From a virus (Duplodnaviria; Caudoviricetes): a DNA stretch of 64,000 nt. Numbering within the stretch: position 1 is the first letter of the stretch; each line of letters starts with the position of its first letter. A program made the translations under genes and the position numbers. This document shows positions 46,602-56,283 of the stretch, piece after piece. The notes beneath the pieces are model-generated. The model saw only the letters and a list, made by a program, of their open reading frames with translations, ran no database searches and was not told the origin of the DNA. The stretch covers positions 2,072 to 66,071 of the IMG/VR virus record IMGVR_UViG_3300028557_000038; one strand, 5' to 3'.

Positions 46602-47051
46602 TTAGCAGCCAGCGAGCAGGAAGGCGCTTAGTGGGTCTGCGCCAGTGACTACTGTAGTCCAAGAGGCTGTAGATCCATCAGTTACTAAGTACTTACCGTT
46701 GTTACCTGATTGAGATGGTAGAGCGTCAATTGTTGACCACTCGGTCTCGTAGTCATCACTAGAGGTTTTAGTTAGTACTTGACCATCAGTTCCTCCTGTA
46801 GGGACAGCGGTGTACATGTCGTACAAGCCGTACTCGATGTTGGCTAGTCGGTCCTTTAATGTATTCCAGTTGGTTGTTATTACGTCGAATGACCCAACCC
46901 ATCCAGAACCTGTCTTAATCAGGGTACCTAAATTTGTTTGAATTGAGTTAATTTCTTCTTGCAGAGTGTTGACATGCTCAGCAAGGACTGTGTCGATGAA
47001 GTCTGTCTTGGTGCTAAATGACTTGATCGAGGCTGGGTATGTGGCTGTCAC
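46602..47051 (-). CDS. Tail-associated protein
   Basis: AEHVNTLQEEI and GTDGQVL motifs common in fibre/baseplate proteins. Confidence 0.55.
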   Translation of the reverse strand: MTATYPASIKSFSTKTDFIDTVLAEHVNTLQEEINSIQTNLGTLIKTGSGWVGSFDVITTNWNTLKDRLANIEYGLYDMYTAVPTGGTDGQVLTKTSSDDYETEWSTIDALPSQSGNNGKYLVTDGSTASWTTVVTGADPLSAFLLAGC

Positions 47052-47112
47052 GGTCTTCCTTTCAATTCAATGTATCTATTTTCGTTGGTTTGCCGCCTAT
47101 TTACTGCCTGAA

Positions 47113-47583
47113 CTACGGGTGGGTATGAGCCTTGCCCTCTAGTGTTGCAACTTTTCCTTCAAGAGTAGTTACTTTAGTTTCAAGAGTCTTTACCTTGTTA
47201 GCAATAGCCATCAAGGTTGCTGTTAAATCTACTTCAGATGTTCCGTCAGATTGGTTAACTACAACTATGTGTGAAGTTAACCCTGTTAATGAGACCGAGT
47301 TTTCTAAAGGCTTTATAAAGATCTGTTTATTAAGTCCTTGATTTTTTCCAAAAGACCCCAACCAGACAGGGTATTCAGGATCTCCTCCTAGGTAGGTTAC
47401 CCATACCCCCTGTCCAACTACAGGAACCTCTGTATGGATACTCGATGGTTCTATAGGCCAAATCCAATCAGTCATCTCAGACCCTGTAGTTTGAACTCGT
47501 ACCTTGATTCGTCGCAAATTGTCAGGGTCATTGCGATCCGCAACAACTCCTCTATAAATTCCGTAAAGTCTTTTGATATCCAT
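47113..47583 (-). CDS. Baseplate spike (gp5/gpV OB-fold)
   Basis: YRGVV...DPDNLRRIKV...PVVGQGVWV...GGDPEYPVWLG; C-terminal HTH metal motif. Confidence 0.85.
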   Translation of the reverse strand: MDIKRLYGIYRGVVADRNDPDNLRRIKVRVQTTGSEMTDWIWPIEPSSIHTEVPVVGQGVWVTYLGGDPEYPVWLGSFGKNQGLNKQIFIKPLENSVSLTGLTSHIVVVNQSDGTSEVDLTATLMAIANKVKTLETKVTTLEGKVATLEGKAHTHP

Positions 47584-49145
47584 TACGCCTCAGTAATGTT
47601 TAAGTTCTCTTCCAGTAAACGGAAGATCTCATCTGCTCCACCGACTAGAGAGTTGTTAAGTGCTGCCGATCCTCCTGTGAGGAACAACTGTGTAACTTTG
47701 GCAGTCTTTACTCCAGGAACTTGTTGCAGAACAAACTCAAGATCTTGTGGATAGATTGTGTCTTGGAAGTTCATTCCTACATATCCAAAGTCAGTGAGGA
47801 GTCTGTTCTTAATAGCAGTCTCGACCTCTGTCGAGGTGTATTGATTTAATCTTGTGTATGTAAAACTGACTGTGATGTCTACATATACAGGTGGGGATAC
47901 AGTCACTGTTGTTCCCAACAAGATCTTGTCAGCCAAGTATTCCTCAACATCTGTCGAAACGTTATCCCATTCAACTGTTGTGTCTCCAGCATCATCTAAT
48001 CCTGGTGCAAGGTCTGAGTCTACTGCTGTTCTAGTTGGAGCGATGTATACGGTGACGGATGTCCATACAGCCGCTTCCGCATTTGCCTTTCCAACACCAG
48101 TGACTGCTAAAGATAGATCAGCGTAATCTTGCAGTGTTACTGCTCGATTGTTTGCACGAAGAGCAAGGGCTGCTGCAGTACGGATTTGGTCAGTCTCTTC
48201 TGGATCTGATCCTCCTAATGCTGGATCAGGATTTGAAACAGAAACAATACTTTGAAGTGCTGAGGTTTGAATCTCAGATAGCCCTGGAACGTAGTCAATG
48301 AAGGTTAAAGTGTCTGAGGAGACGTTACCAAAAGATCCTCCACCGACTGTGTAGATTGCTCGAATCTCTGAGTACAGTGTCGGTATAACTCCTGACACTC
48401 CATCGCCAAATAAGACTGTAACGATGTCGTCTTCATCTGTAGAGACGGTGAACACCTGATCTGTTGGGCCAAAGTCAAGGAGGTGCTGTACCTGTGTCCA
48501 CTTAGTGTAGATGTCTCCATCTTGCACATAGATCTGTACGGAGTCGTCAACAGCAGGTGTCTCACCTAACTCAAAACGCATGGCTGGAAGACCTGTTGAT
48601 GTTCCAATAAGTTCACCGTTAGTAGTTGCATTGTCTGATACAAGGATAACTGATCGTCCCTCTCCAGCAGTTACTATTTCTGTTCCAGGAGTTGCTCCTA
48701 CTGCTGCTGGAACAACTGCATCTGCACCAGTTGTGAAGTAAACAGTTTGAACCGTATCGCCAATAACTACTTCTCCAGTAACGACCGTTCCTTCAGGGAT
48801 GGTTACAGAAGAGGCAGATGTGTTACTAAACTCTAGTGTTACGTAGGCTTGACGGTAACCTGCAGGTGTGTATCCATAAGTCTGTGCAATATTTAGAACG
48901 CTGTTACGTTGGGTCGCTGTTGTTAGGAACGCCTCATTAGCATTTCGATCGATGTAGTAGGAGAGTATGTCGCCCATGTAAGCAAACGCCTCCACGAGTG
49001 CGACACCAAAGTCTGCTGGGTCAGCCGCTGTCCAGTCAGGTACACGATCTTGAATACGTGCGATTAGTTCTGATCGAATTGCAAAGTAGTCTTTGCTTGT
49101 GTAGTCGATCGATACGGGGATAGTGGATGGTGGGGTTATGGTCAC
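47583..49145 (-). CDS. Baseplate wedge protein (gpJ/gp6-like)
   Basis: DYTSKDY, DFGVALVE, GGSDPE, RAVTLQDY. Confidence 0.9.
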   Translation of the reverse strand: MTITPPSTIPVSIDYTSKDYFAIRSELIARIQDRVPDWTAADPADFGVALVEAFAYMGDILSYYIDRNANEAFLTTATQRNSVLNIAQTYGYTPAGYRQAYVTLEFSNTSASSVTIPEGTVVTGEVVIGDTVQTVYFTTGADAVVPAAVGATPGTEIVTAGEGRSVILVSDNATTNGELIGTSTGLPAMRFELGETPAVDDSVQIYVQDGDIYTKWTQVQHLLDFGPTDQVFTVSTDEDDIVTVLFGDGVSGVIPTLYSEIRAIYTVGGGSFGNVSSDTLTFIDYVPGLSEIQTSALQSIVSVSNPDPALGGSDPEETDQIRTAAALALRANNRAVTLQDYADLSLAVTGVGKANAEAAVWTSVTVYIAPTRTAVDSDLAPGLDDAGDTTVEWDNVSTDVEEYLADKILLGTTVTVSPPVYVDITVSFTYTRLNQYTSTEVETAIKNRLLTDFGYVGMNFQDTIYPQDLEFVLQQVPGVKTAKVTQLFLTGGSAALNNSLVGGADEIFRLLEENLNITEA

Positions 49146-49543
49146 AGGTTCTCCTCAATTGCTATAGCGTTTCCTTCAATTCGAATTAATCCTATTGAGG
49201 TGCTAGTTACCTCATCATTTGGCAAAGCGTAGGTAACATCCACCTGCATAATGCCTGTGTACTCATCAAAGACACTGCTGACAGACTGCAGAGTCAACTT
49301 CTGTAACTGGTCGTTAAAGGCTTGGTTGACTTCAAACTCAATCTGAGTCTGAGCATCCTCTTGGTTTTCAAAGACTGATAGAGGGATGTCTGTTCCAAAC
49401 TTTGGACGCATTACTCGTTCTCTCAGTGCCGTGCCTATAACAGAACGAACTTTGTCAGCCCAAATCTTTGTCTGGTCTGTTGTGGTACCTACACGTCCAT
49501 AAGGATCTATAGAGAAAGGCAAGGAGATTGCAACTTCAGCCAT
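49142..49543 (-). CDS. gp25-like baseplate protein
   Basis: LPF...ERVMRPKFGT. Confidence 0.85.
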   Translation of the reverse strand: MAEVAISLPFSIDPYGRVGTTTDQTKIWADKVRSVIGTALRERVMRPKFGTDIPLSVFENQEDAQTQIEFEVNQAFNDQLQKLTLQSVSSVFDEYTGIMQVDVTYALPNDEVTSTSIGLIRIEGNAIAIEENL

Positions 49544-50796
49544 TATCTACCTACCCATCGTCTTGGAGTGATTTTGTAGCCGCTTTGAGTTTCTTTGACC
49601 ATAGTGGCTGGTGCACTTATTCTAGTAGATGTTGGTCGACTAGATACCCCTGTCGTAAGTTCATGAGCAATATTTCTGATAGGAATTGTAGAAGCAGTCA
49701 GGGGACGGAAGGCACTGGCTTTATTACGTCCAGTTCCATCAGTCATGCAGGTAAACTCAACGGAGTAACGACCGTCCCAAGTTATGAAATGATCTACCTT
49801 CTTTATAACCCAGTAACCATCAGTGGTGCTTCCAGTCCCATTTATCTCAACAGTTCGGTAGGGAGCAATGTTGGGATTACCTTGGCCAGTTCCTTCTGCC
49901 AGGATTGAGAATCCTGAGAGATTTGCATTGGCTTCAGCAATCATCTTGGCAACTGCAGGACTAGCCGATACCGAAGAAGAGAGAACCTCTTTGAATAGGG
50001 GCTCTTTAGTTGAGGACCTTAGTTTCTTTCCCACCTGATTAGGGGAAGAGGTAGTCGTATAGGATTTTGCTGTAAGAGGATCAATTCCATGAATGACTTT
50101 ATCTTTTCGACTGTATGTTCCACCAGAACTTAGGTCACCTACTTTAGGTTGGAAGGTGTCTAACGTATGAGAGACAGGGCCGCTGTACTCACGAGTCTCT
50201 GCCTCCTCGAAAGAAAGTACGGGAACTACAGTCATAAATTGATTTATCATATTGTCAATCGGGTGAAAGTAAAGATCAGTCCCTGAGACTTGTGCTACAT
50301 ACCCAATCTTTCTAGCAAGTTCTTGAATCTTTTCCCAATACGAATGAGAGGTCATTGTTATCTGACTTAGACGTAATGGGTGCGGAGTAATGTTTGGCTT
50401 TAACTTAAACTTCTTAGCAATCTCTTCAACCACTTCCGTAACAGTCTTGTTAGTCCAGATCTTTGCTTCTCCCTGCTTTAACCCAAGAGAAGCGCCTATC
50501 CCTCTAACAACTACTCGACGGTTCATTCCTTGTGCTGTTCGAGGAGACGAGTCGTAGACATAGCCGAAGAACTCACCTGATACGGAGTCGTTTCTCCACT
50601 TTACATGAAGTGGAACTCCTGTCTTCAAAACTTTTGTGTAGAAAGAGTCAGAGTATGGATACGTTATTTCGATGATGTCTTGTTTACCAGCCTCTTGATA
50701 CAGCCTAAAGTTTTGAGGAACTGTATCAAACCCAGGAAAATCTGGGTAAGAAACGGTGAACCCAGAACCTTGACGACTCTGGTACGTACTACTCAT
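49543..50796 (-). CDS. Baseplate hub (gpD/gp27-like)
   Basis: FFGYV...WTNKT...IA...LA..IGY...LYF...DGYWVIKKVDH. Confidence 0.8.
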   Translation of the reverse strand: MSSTYQSRQGSGFTVSYPDFPGFDTVPQNFRLYQEAGKQDIIEITYPYSDSFYTKVLKTGVPLHVKWRNDSVSGEFFGYVYDSSPRTAQGMNRRVVVRGIGASLGLKQGEAKIWTNKTVTEVVEEIAKKFKLKPNITPHPLRLSQITMTSHSYWEKIQELARKIGYVAQVSGTDLYFHPIDNMINQFMTVVPVLSFEEAETREYSGPVSHTLDTFQPKVGDLSSGGTYSRKDKVIHGIDPLTAKSYTTTSSPNQVGKKLRSSTKEPLFKEVLSSSVSASPAVAKMIAEANANLSGFSILAEGTGQGNPNIAPYRTVEINGTGSTTDGYWVIKKVDHFITWDGRYSVEFTCMTDGTGRNKASAFRPLTASTIPIRNIAHELTTGVSSRPTSTRISAPATMVKETQSGYKITPRRWVGR

Positions 50797-51064
50797 TTGG
50801 AATCCTTAGTTGAGTACCAGGAGCAATAGAGAATGGGTCAAGAATCTCAGGGTTAATATCAAGGATTCTCCACCACAGGTTTGATGCACCAAGGTATCGC
50901 AAGGCTAAGTTGTCGAGTCGATCAGTCTCAATCCAGTTGTACAGAAAGAAGGATGCCGTGTAACTAGGAAACTCACGGTTAACTGTCAATTCGTAGGTGC
51001 TAGATCTAGCGTCAAAAGCCTTGTAGACTTTGCCATCCGCATATCTGCTATCAAGAAAAATCAT
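50789..51064 (-). CDS. LysM/tail X-like baseplate protein
   Basis: DRLDNLALRYLG..LWWRILDINP...PGTQLRIP. Confidence 0.85.
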   Translation of the reverse strand: MIFLDSRYADGKVYKAFDARSSTYELTVNREFPSYTASFFLYNWIETDRLDNLALRYLGASNLWWRILDINPEILDPFSIAPGTQLRIPNE

Positions 51065-51074
51065 TTAATTAACC

Positions 51075-52364
51075 TCACTCCTTCACCTTATCTTGAATGC
51101 TGTAATCAATAAATCGATGACAAGTAAAGTTAACTGTTGAAAGAATAGGGATCATTCTGTTATTGAACATAGTGTGATTTATACCAAGATCTGAGATACG
51201 AACTCTGTAGCGTAAGTTTGCTCCTAAGTGTAATTCTAGAATTGACATACGCATGTAACCGCGATCGGCAGTTGTTCCGTTTAATTCAGATTTAAAGGTA
51301 GCGTGAGGACCATTGATAGTCTTAAATAGGTATTCAAGATCGTACATCGTTCCTTTATTATAAATCTCTCGTTGATCTTCGATAGAGACGTTTTCTCCAT
51401 AAGGAGAGTTGCCAATAACGTTTGCAGAATAAATTCTGCTTCGTTGAGCAGGGTCTAGTTCAGAGGGTGGGTTAGTAATCTTTTTTTGTTGTGCACTTAC
51501 ATACCCAAGTTTGTCTAGGTAATTCATGTCTTCAATTCTGTTTAAGATAATTGAAAACTGAATTTGAGAAGAAAATAATCCTGCAGAAATTGGGATGGCT
51601 TCGTCTTTACCACTTGCTTGGTACTCAGGATTAACTGCTCCTTGAATGCCCCAACCCATAGTTACAGAGGTAGGGTTGTAAAGAAACTTAAAGCCATACA
51701 ATTGATCATCAACTTGTTTAGAGTTGCTTCTATTAAGTCCATCTAATTGTTCTACAACAAACTTCTTGTCCATTTGGAAGGTTCCACGTCCAGGAGTAAC
51801 TCCAGTCCACGCTTGTCTAGCATCTGTGTAGTTTCCTTGGTTGATAGAGACGTTATCTAGAGAGGATGCTTGTGGTCCGAGAGGGTTGTGTAAAGCATTC
51901 TTTAACAGAGGAGCGTTGTATTGATAAGGTCCTTTAGGGTTTACCTTACCTCCATCTACAACTGTTACAGGGCCACTAGGTTTAGTGTTAGAGGTTGTTC
52001 TAGAAGTTGTAGAAGGTGTTGGTTTTTTTAACACTTTTAACTTGTTAACTCTACTTGTTAAATTCGTGTAACGCGTCCACGAATCATCTCGTCTATTCTT
52101 TAATATATTTAAATTATTTCTAGCATTTGCAAGTTGTGAAGGAAGCAGGAACCCAGTAGCAATTTCTTTTTCAAGTTTTGTAATAGCATTAACGTAAGAT
52201 TTGTACTCTTTGTAGACAACGTCAGCCTTTGCTTGATAAGAAGCGATTTCTCGTTTCTTTTCATCAGTAAAGTACGCATTTGCTCGCGCATTTGCAGCAG
52301 CAGACTTATTTCTAGAAGATGAGATGGTACTTTCAATTTTTGAGTAATCTGCCTGGTTAGTCAC
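51075..52364 (-). CDS. Tail tube initiator-like protein
   Basis: FKFLYNPTSV...F...P..STV motif; position between TMP and LysM. Confidence 0.5.
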   Translation of the reverse strand: MTNQADYSKIESTISSSRNKSAAANARANAYFTDEKKREIASYQAKADVVYKEYKSYVNAITKLEKEIATGFLLPSQLANARNNLNILKNRRDDSWTRYTNLTSRVNKLKVLKKPTPSTTSRTTSNTKPSGPVTVVDGGKVNPKGPYQYNAPLLKNALHNPLGPQASSLDNVSINQGNYTDARQAWTGVTPGRGTFQMDKKFVVEQLDGLNRSNSKQVDDQLYGFKFLYNPTSVTMGWGIQGAVNPEYQASGKDEAIPISAGLFSSQIQFSIILNRIEDMNYLDKLGYVSAQQKKITNPPSELDPAQRSRIYSANVIGNSPYGENVSIEDQREIYNKGTMYDLEYLFKTINGPHATFKSELNGTTADRGYMRMSILELHLGANLRYRVRISDLGINHTMFNNRMIPILSTVNFTCHRFIDYSIQDKVKE

Positions 52365-54697
52365 TAGGAGTTTCCAATCATTGAGTTTTCATTGTTATGG
52401 TTTAAGAACTTCTGCACCTGCTTAGCAAACCTCATGGCTGTTAGATCACTTGCTTCATCAAACTTCACAGTTATGTTTACTGTCTTGTCCCCTGAAACAA
52501 CAGTTCCTTGAGGTATAGATGCTCCGTAACCTGAAGTTGCTCCTCCACGAATCTTAGTTCCCCAACTACTCTCGTTGATAAGGTTAAAGACTGTTTGAGG
52601 ATCAGCGTTGTTCTTCAAAGCACCAACAATGGCATCGTAACCACGTTCGGCAGACTTGTTTCCAAGGATGGTTCTGACAGTAGCGTCAAGACCCTCTTCC
52701 ATAGACTTGTAGCGTCTTACGTTATGGGAGTTCATGATCTCAGACCCGCCCATGTCCAAGGTTGTATTGAGAGGGTTGTAATGAGCAGAGTTCTTCCAGT
52801 GACCGCCTTCAAAGCGCATCCATGTATTAACAGACTTAAGATTTGTGTCTGTTATCGGTGCTCCAATTCTACTGAGGAACTGTGTCGCCCATTCTTGCTG
52901 ATCACCAGTTCCAAGAATTGCTTTTGTACCTGCAACGTTAGAGGCAGCAGAGGTAGGAGTGACACTAGAACCTGCAGCGCCAACTGGAGATGCTGCTCCA
53001 AAGTAAGTTAATACATCTGGATTAACTGGGTTGTTCTTTCCTTGTCGTACTTCGTAGTGGAGGTGAGGACCAGTCGTATTACCTGTGTTTCCTGACTTTC
53101 CAATTTTTTGTCCCTTTGTTACAAAGTCACCGAGGTTCACACTTCGCTCACTTAAGTGTCCATACACTGTCTGGTACCCATTAGGATGATCGATAACGAT
53201 AGCGGTTCCGTAATCTGGTCCTGGGTTAATACTGGAAACATAACCATCAAGACTTGCTGATACAGGTGATCCGATCTTCATTGGGAAATCTTGACCTGTG
53301 TGTACGTTGTTTGTTGATGCCCAAATTCCTGAGTTATCTTTAGCACCAAACCCGTTTCCTGCGGCTCCGCCTCGTGGTCCGATACCAGTATTAAATCCAG
53401 CACCAAATCCAGAGGTTGCTCCACCGCCTGGTACACCCTTAGGAAGTAATGAGATTAAATCTTTTATTCCACTTAACAGCATAGTGATGCCTGTAGATAA
53501 AGCCGCTCCTACGTTAGTTCCGCCAACTCCGCCAATCAATCCCTTTAGGTATCCCATTTGCTCAACGGATTTCCCTAGTACTCGGTTAAATGCTTCTACA
53601 GTATCTGCAGCATTTTCAAAACCGCGAATCATTGCGGTTTCTGCTTTCATCATTAACTCTGTTTCAGAACCGCTTAAACGACCTGCAGCAGTGAGGGCTG
53701 TGTTTGCATTCCCTCCTCCTTGATTACTTCCACGAACTGCGAGGTCTGGATTTCGTCCTGCTGTAATATCAATCATTGCTTGATACAAGATCTCTTGTTG
53801 CCCTGCATCAAATCCCATAGTAGACATGTTGGCACCAAGGAAACCACGTTGACGTGATTCTTGTAATGCTTCAACACTGCTGAATCCACGACCACCAGTC
53901 ATAGCACTCATTAACTGCTTTGCAATTTGCCCTGGTGTTTTTTCTTTTCCAGAAACCGCATCATAGGTACTGATACCGTACTGGTATAGGTTTGCTCCCA
54001 TAGGACCTGACTGAAGTCCTGCAATTGAACTAGCCGCTGCTGCGTTATCCATTCCAAGATATTTAAACGCTCCACCAACTTGAGATACAGTCTGTAGGTA
54101 GTTAGCACTTCCTGGGGTATAGCCACGACTAGCCAGTAACGCTGCAACTGCAGCATCTGAACCACGACTAGAGAAGCCACCACCCATAGCGCTGAATGTT
54201 GCACGCTCTAACTGACCACGGTTAATTCCTGGAGATGCTAATCCTGCTTGGTAGAATCCAACTGAACGCTGCATTGTAAGAGCGAGATCAGGCATTCCTG
54301 CGTAGGCAGCAGCAACTGGTGCTAAACCTATCTTAGCCGCTCCTATAGCGCCTTGAACAAACTTGCTACGACCACCGCTACCAGGATCTAGGGGGAATCC
54401 ACCGCCACCCTGTTGAGAGAACTGTCCAAGACTGTTGTTGACTTGATTAGTCCCTGGACCTGAGTAAGTCTGCTGTGGGAAACGTGCATTGTCAGCGCCC
54501 GTACCTGGCCGTGTAGTTGATGTGCCTAGGTGAGCACTACCGCCGTTATTCTTTAGAGCGCCAGTAGCGCCCTCCATAGCCGAAGTTGAAACGCTAGATA
54601 CTTTTTCAAGTGACTCGTAGAGAGCATTAACTTTCTTTGTCAGTTCGTCAACACCAGTGGTCAAAGACTTAATGTTGGCAACCATCTTGTTGGCCAT
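52364..54697 (-). CDS. Tape measure protein with M23 peptidase and lysozyme-like domains
   Basis: HTGQDF...YGHL...TTGPHLHYEV (M23); WMRFEGG...YNPLNT. Confidence 0.8.
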   Translation of the reverse strand: MANKMVANIKSLTTGVDELTKKVNALYESLEKVSSVSTSAMEGATGALKNNGGSAHLGTSTTRPGTGADNARFPQQTYSGPGTNQVNNSLGQFSQQGGGGFPLDPGSGGRSKFVQGAIGAAKIGLAPVAAAYAGMPDLALTMQRSVGFYQAGLASPGINRGQLERATFSAMGGGFSSRGSDAAVAALLASRGYTPGSANYLQTVSQVGGAFKYLGMDNAAAASSIAGLQSGPMGANLYQYGISTYDAVSGKEKTPGQIAKQLMSAMTGGRGFSSVEALQESRQRGFLGANMSTMGFDAGQQEILYQAMIDITAGRNPDLAVRGSNQGGGNANTALTAAGRLSGSETELMMKAETAMIRGFENAADTVEAFNRVLGKSVEQMGYLKGLIGGVGGTNVGAALSTGITMLLSGIKDLISLLPKGVPGGGATSGFGAGFNTGIGPRGGAAGNGFGAKDNSGIWASTNNVHTGQDFPMKIGSPVSASLDGYVSSINPGPDYGTAIVIDHPNGYQTVYGHLSERSVNLGDFVTKGQKIGKSGNTGNTTGPHLHYEVRQGKNNPVNPDVLTYFGAASPVGAAGSSVTPTSAASNVAGTKAILGTGDQQEWATQFLSRIGAPITDTNLKSVNTWMRFEGGHWKNSAHYNPLNTTLDMGGSEIMNSHNVRRYKSMEEGLDATVRTILGNKSAERGYDAIVGALKNNADPQTVFNLINESSWGTKIRGGATSGYGASIPQGTVVSGDKTVNITVKFDEASDLTAMRFAKQVQKFLNHNNENSMIGNS

Positions 54698-54698
54698 G

Positions 54699-54850
54699 CT
54701 AGTCCTTTCCCTTTACGTATTTGGCTATCTGTAGCCAGTTCTTTCGTTCTCGTGGTGACAACTGCTTTATCTCTGTCAACGTCCATCCCTTAAAGGATTG
54801 AGTTAACGCTGCCCATTCAGCCACTACGTGACTGTATGGAAGAGTATTAG
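54699..54850 (-). CDS. Tail assembly chaperone extension (candidate frameshift product)
   Basis: GWTLTEIKQLSPRERKNWL between chaperone and TMP; no ATG after the chaperone stop. Confidence 0.55.
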
Positions 54851-55650
54851 AATCGAAATAAGGTCCCGAAATTAACGGGAACTGGTACCTCGCTTCCAGT
54901 CTCAGGGTCAGTGACAACGATGCTGTCAAACTGCGGTCCTGGTAGTCGCTTGTTGATCTCTTCAACAATCTTTCTACGATCAGCAAGTCCTAGGTTTCGT
55001 ACCTGTTGCTTGCTAACAACTGGAGAGTTATCGATCTTTAACACAGTATTCTCTAGCATGATGGTGGTCAACTCAGCGGAGGATTTATCAGAGTTGATAA
55101 TCATCTCTTTCTGAGAGACACCTGTCGGTAGTGTCACTGTGTACTCGTGGTTCTTTCCCGATACTGAGAAAATACGATCATTAACTGGGTCAGTTAAAAT
55201 CTTCACTTGAATATCTTTATCAAGATCAACTTCAATCTGCTTTAGTTCTGATCCAAAGTAGACGGGTACTTCTGTGGTGCGACCAAAGGTAGCCTTGAAG
55301 ATTGCCAGGATAAGCATGTCTCGATCCCCTGCAAGGAGTTGATCTAACATCTTCTCATCTGCCTTCTCATTTCCAATCCGAACTGTTCCTCGTTGAAGGA
55401 TAGTTAAGATTGCTCTACCGACGTTTGCTGCACGAGCAATTGCTTCTTCGTCATTACCATTGAGTTCTCTTACCTCTGCCTCCGTAATGACTTCCCCAGC
55501 GGCGTTTATGTAGCCGCCAGGGAGAGTCACCACGTTGTCCAAAGGAGGGAGGACCTTTACATCTATAGCCTCTGGCTTTTCAGCGATGGCTTGGTTAATG
55601 AGGTTGTTTGCCAATGCGGGATTAGCCGCTGCACTAATTGTTTTCGTCAT
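54847..55650 (-). CDS. Tail assembly chaperone
   Basis: VRELNGNDEE...GDRDML; between tube and TMP. Confidence 0.7.
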   Translation of the reverse strand: MTKTISAAANPALANNLINQAIAEKPEAIDVKVLPPLDNVVTLPGGYINAAGEVITEAEVRELNGNDEEAIARAANVGRAILTILQRGTVRIGNEKADEKMLDQLLAGDRDMLILAIFKATFGRTTEVPVYFGSELKQIEVDLDKDIQVKILTDPVNDRIFSVSGKNHEYTVTLPTGVSQKEMIINSDKSSAELTTIMLENTVLKIDNSPVVSKQQVRNLGLADRRKIVEEINKRLPGPQFDSIVVTDPETGSEVPVPVNFGTLFRF

Positions 55651-55662
55651 GTTAGTCCTTTG

Positions 55663-56265
55663 TTAGTCGAGGAAGTCTGCTGCTTGTGTAGTTAAGTTAG
55701 GTGCCCAGTTAACATCAAATCCTTCGTGTACGAGTGTCATCTGCTCTACGAATAGGGCGTTGTCACCTGCGTTGAGGTCTGAGTATGCAACTGATGTAGG
55801 CCATGCGTTGTAAACTTCAAAACGCATCGCTACGTGGTCTGTTGCAGAAGAGTTATCCTCTTCACCTGCAGAAGGAATTGGGTGTGATAGGACCTGAACT
55901 TCTAGGTTGCAACGGAAGTTCTGTGCGATAGATCGTGTTGATCCACCAGCAGCAACAGTTGCAAACATGTTACGCATCCATTCCCAGTTCTGGTTAGTAC
56001 CAAGAATCACACCACGTTGTAGTGTGATAGGTGTGAAGGTTGTCTGACCAGGAATCTGGTGGACAGTGGTGTTGTAACCACCTTCACGGTATGGGATAGA
56101 GTCTGTGGTGACCGATAGGCCAGACACAGAAGTGAACCCTAGAGTGACACCCTTGAGTGCATCTAGTGTTGGATTAGTTCCTTGGGGCTTAAACTGCACC
56201 AAGAATCTAAAGTTACGAATCGGATCGGTGATTAATGTCGACCGATTATTAATGATTGTAGGCAT
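55663..56265 (-). CDS. Tail tube protein (T4 gp19-like)
   Basis: DPIRNFRF...GF.SVSGL...YREGG...ITLQRG...NAWP...L.HEG. Confidence 0.9.
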   Translation of the reverse strand: MPTIINNRSTLITDPIRNFRFLVQFKPQGTNPTLDALKGVTLGFTSVSGLSVTTDSIPYREGGYNTTVHQIPGQTTFTPITLQRGVILGTNQNWEWMRNMFATVAAGGSTRSIAQNFRCNLEVQVLSHPIPSAGEEDNSSATDHVAMRFEVYNAWPTSVAYSDLNAGDNALFVEQMTLVHEGFDVNWAPNLTTQAADFLD

Positions 56266-56283
56266 TTATATTTCTCCTTCGGA

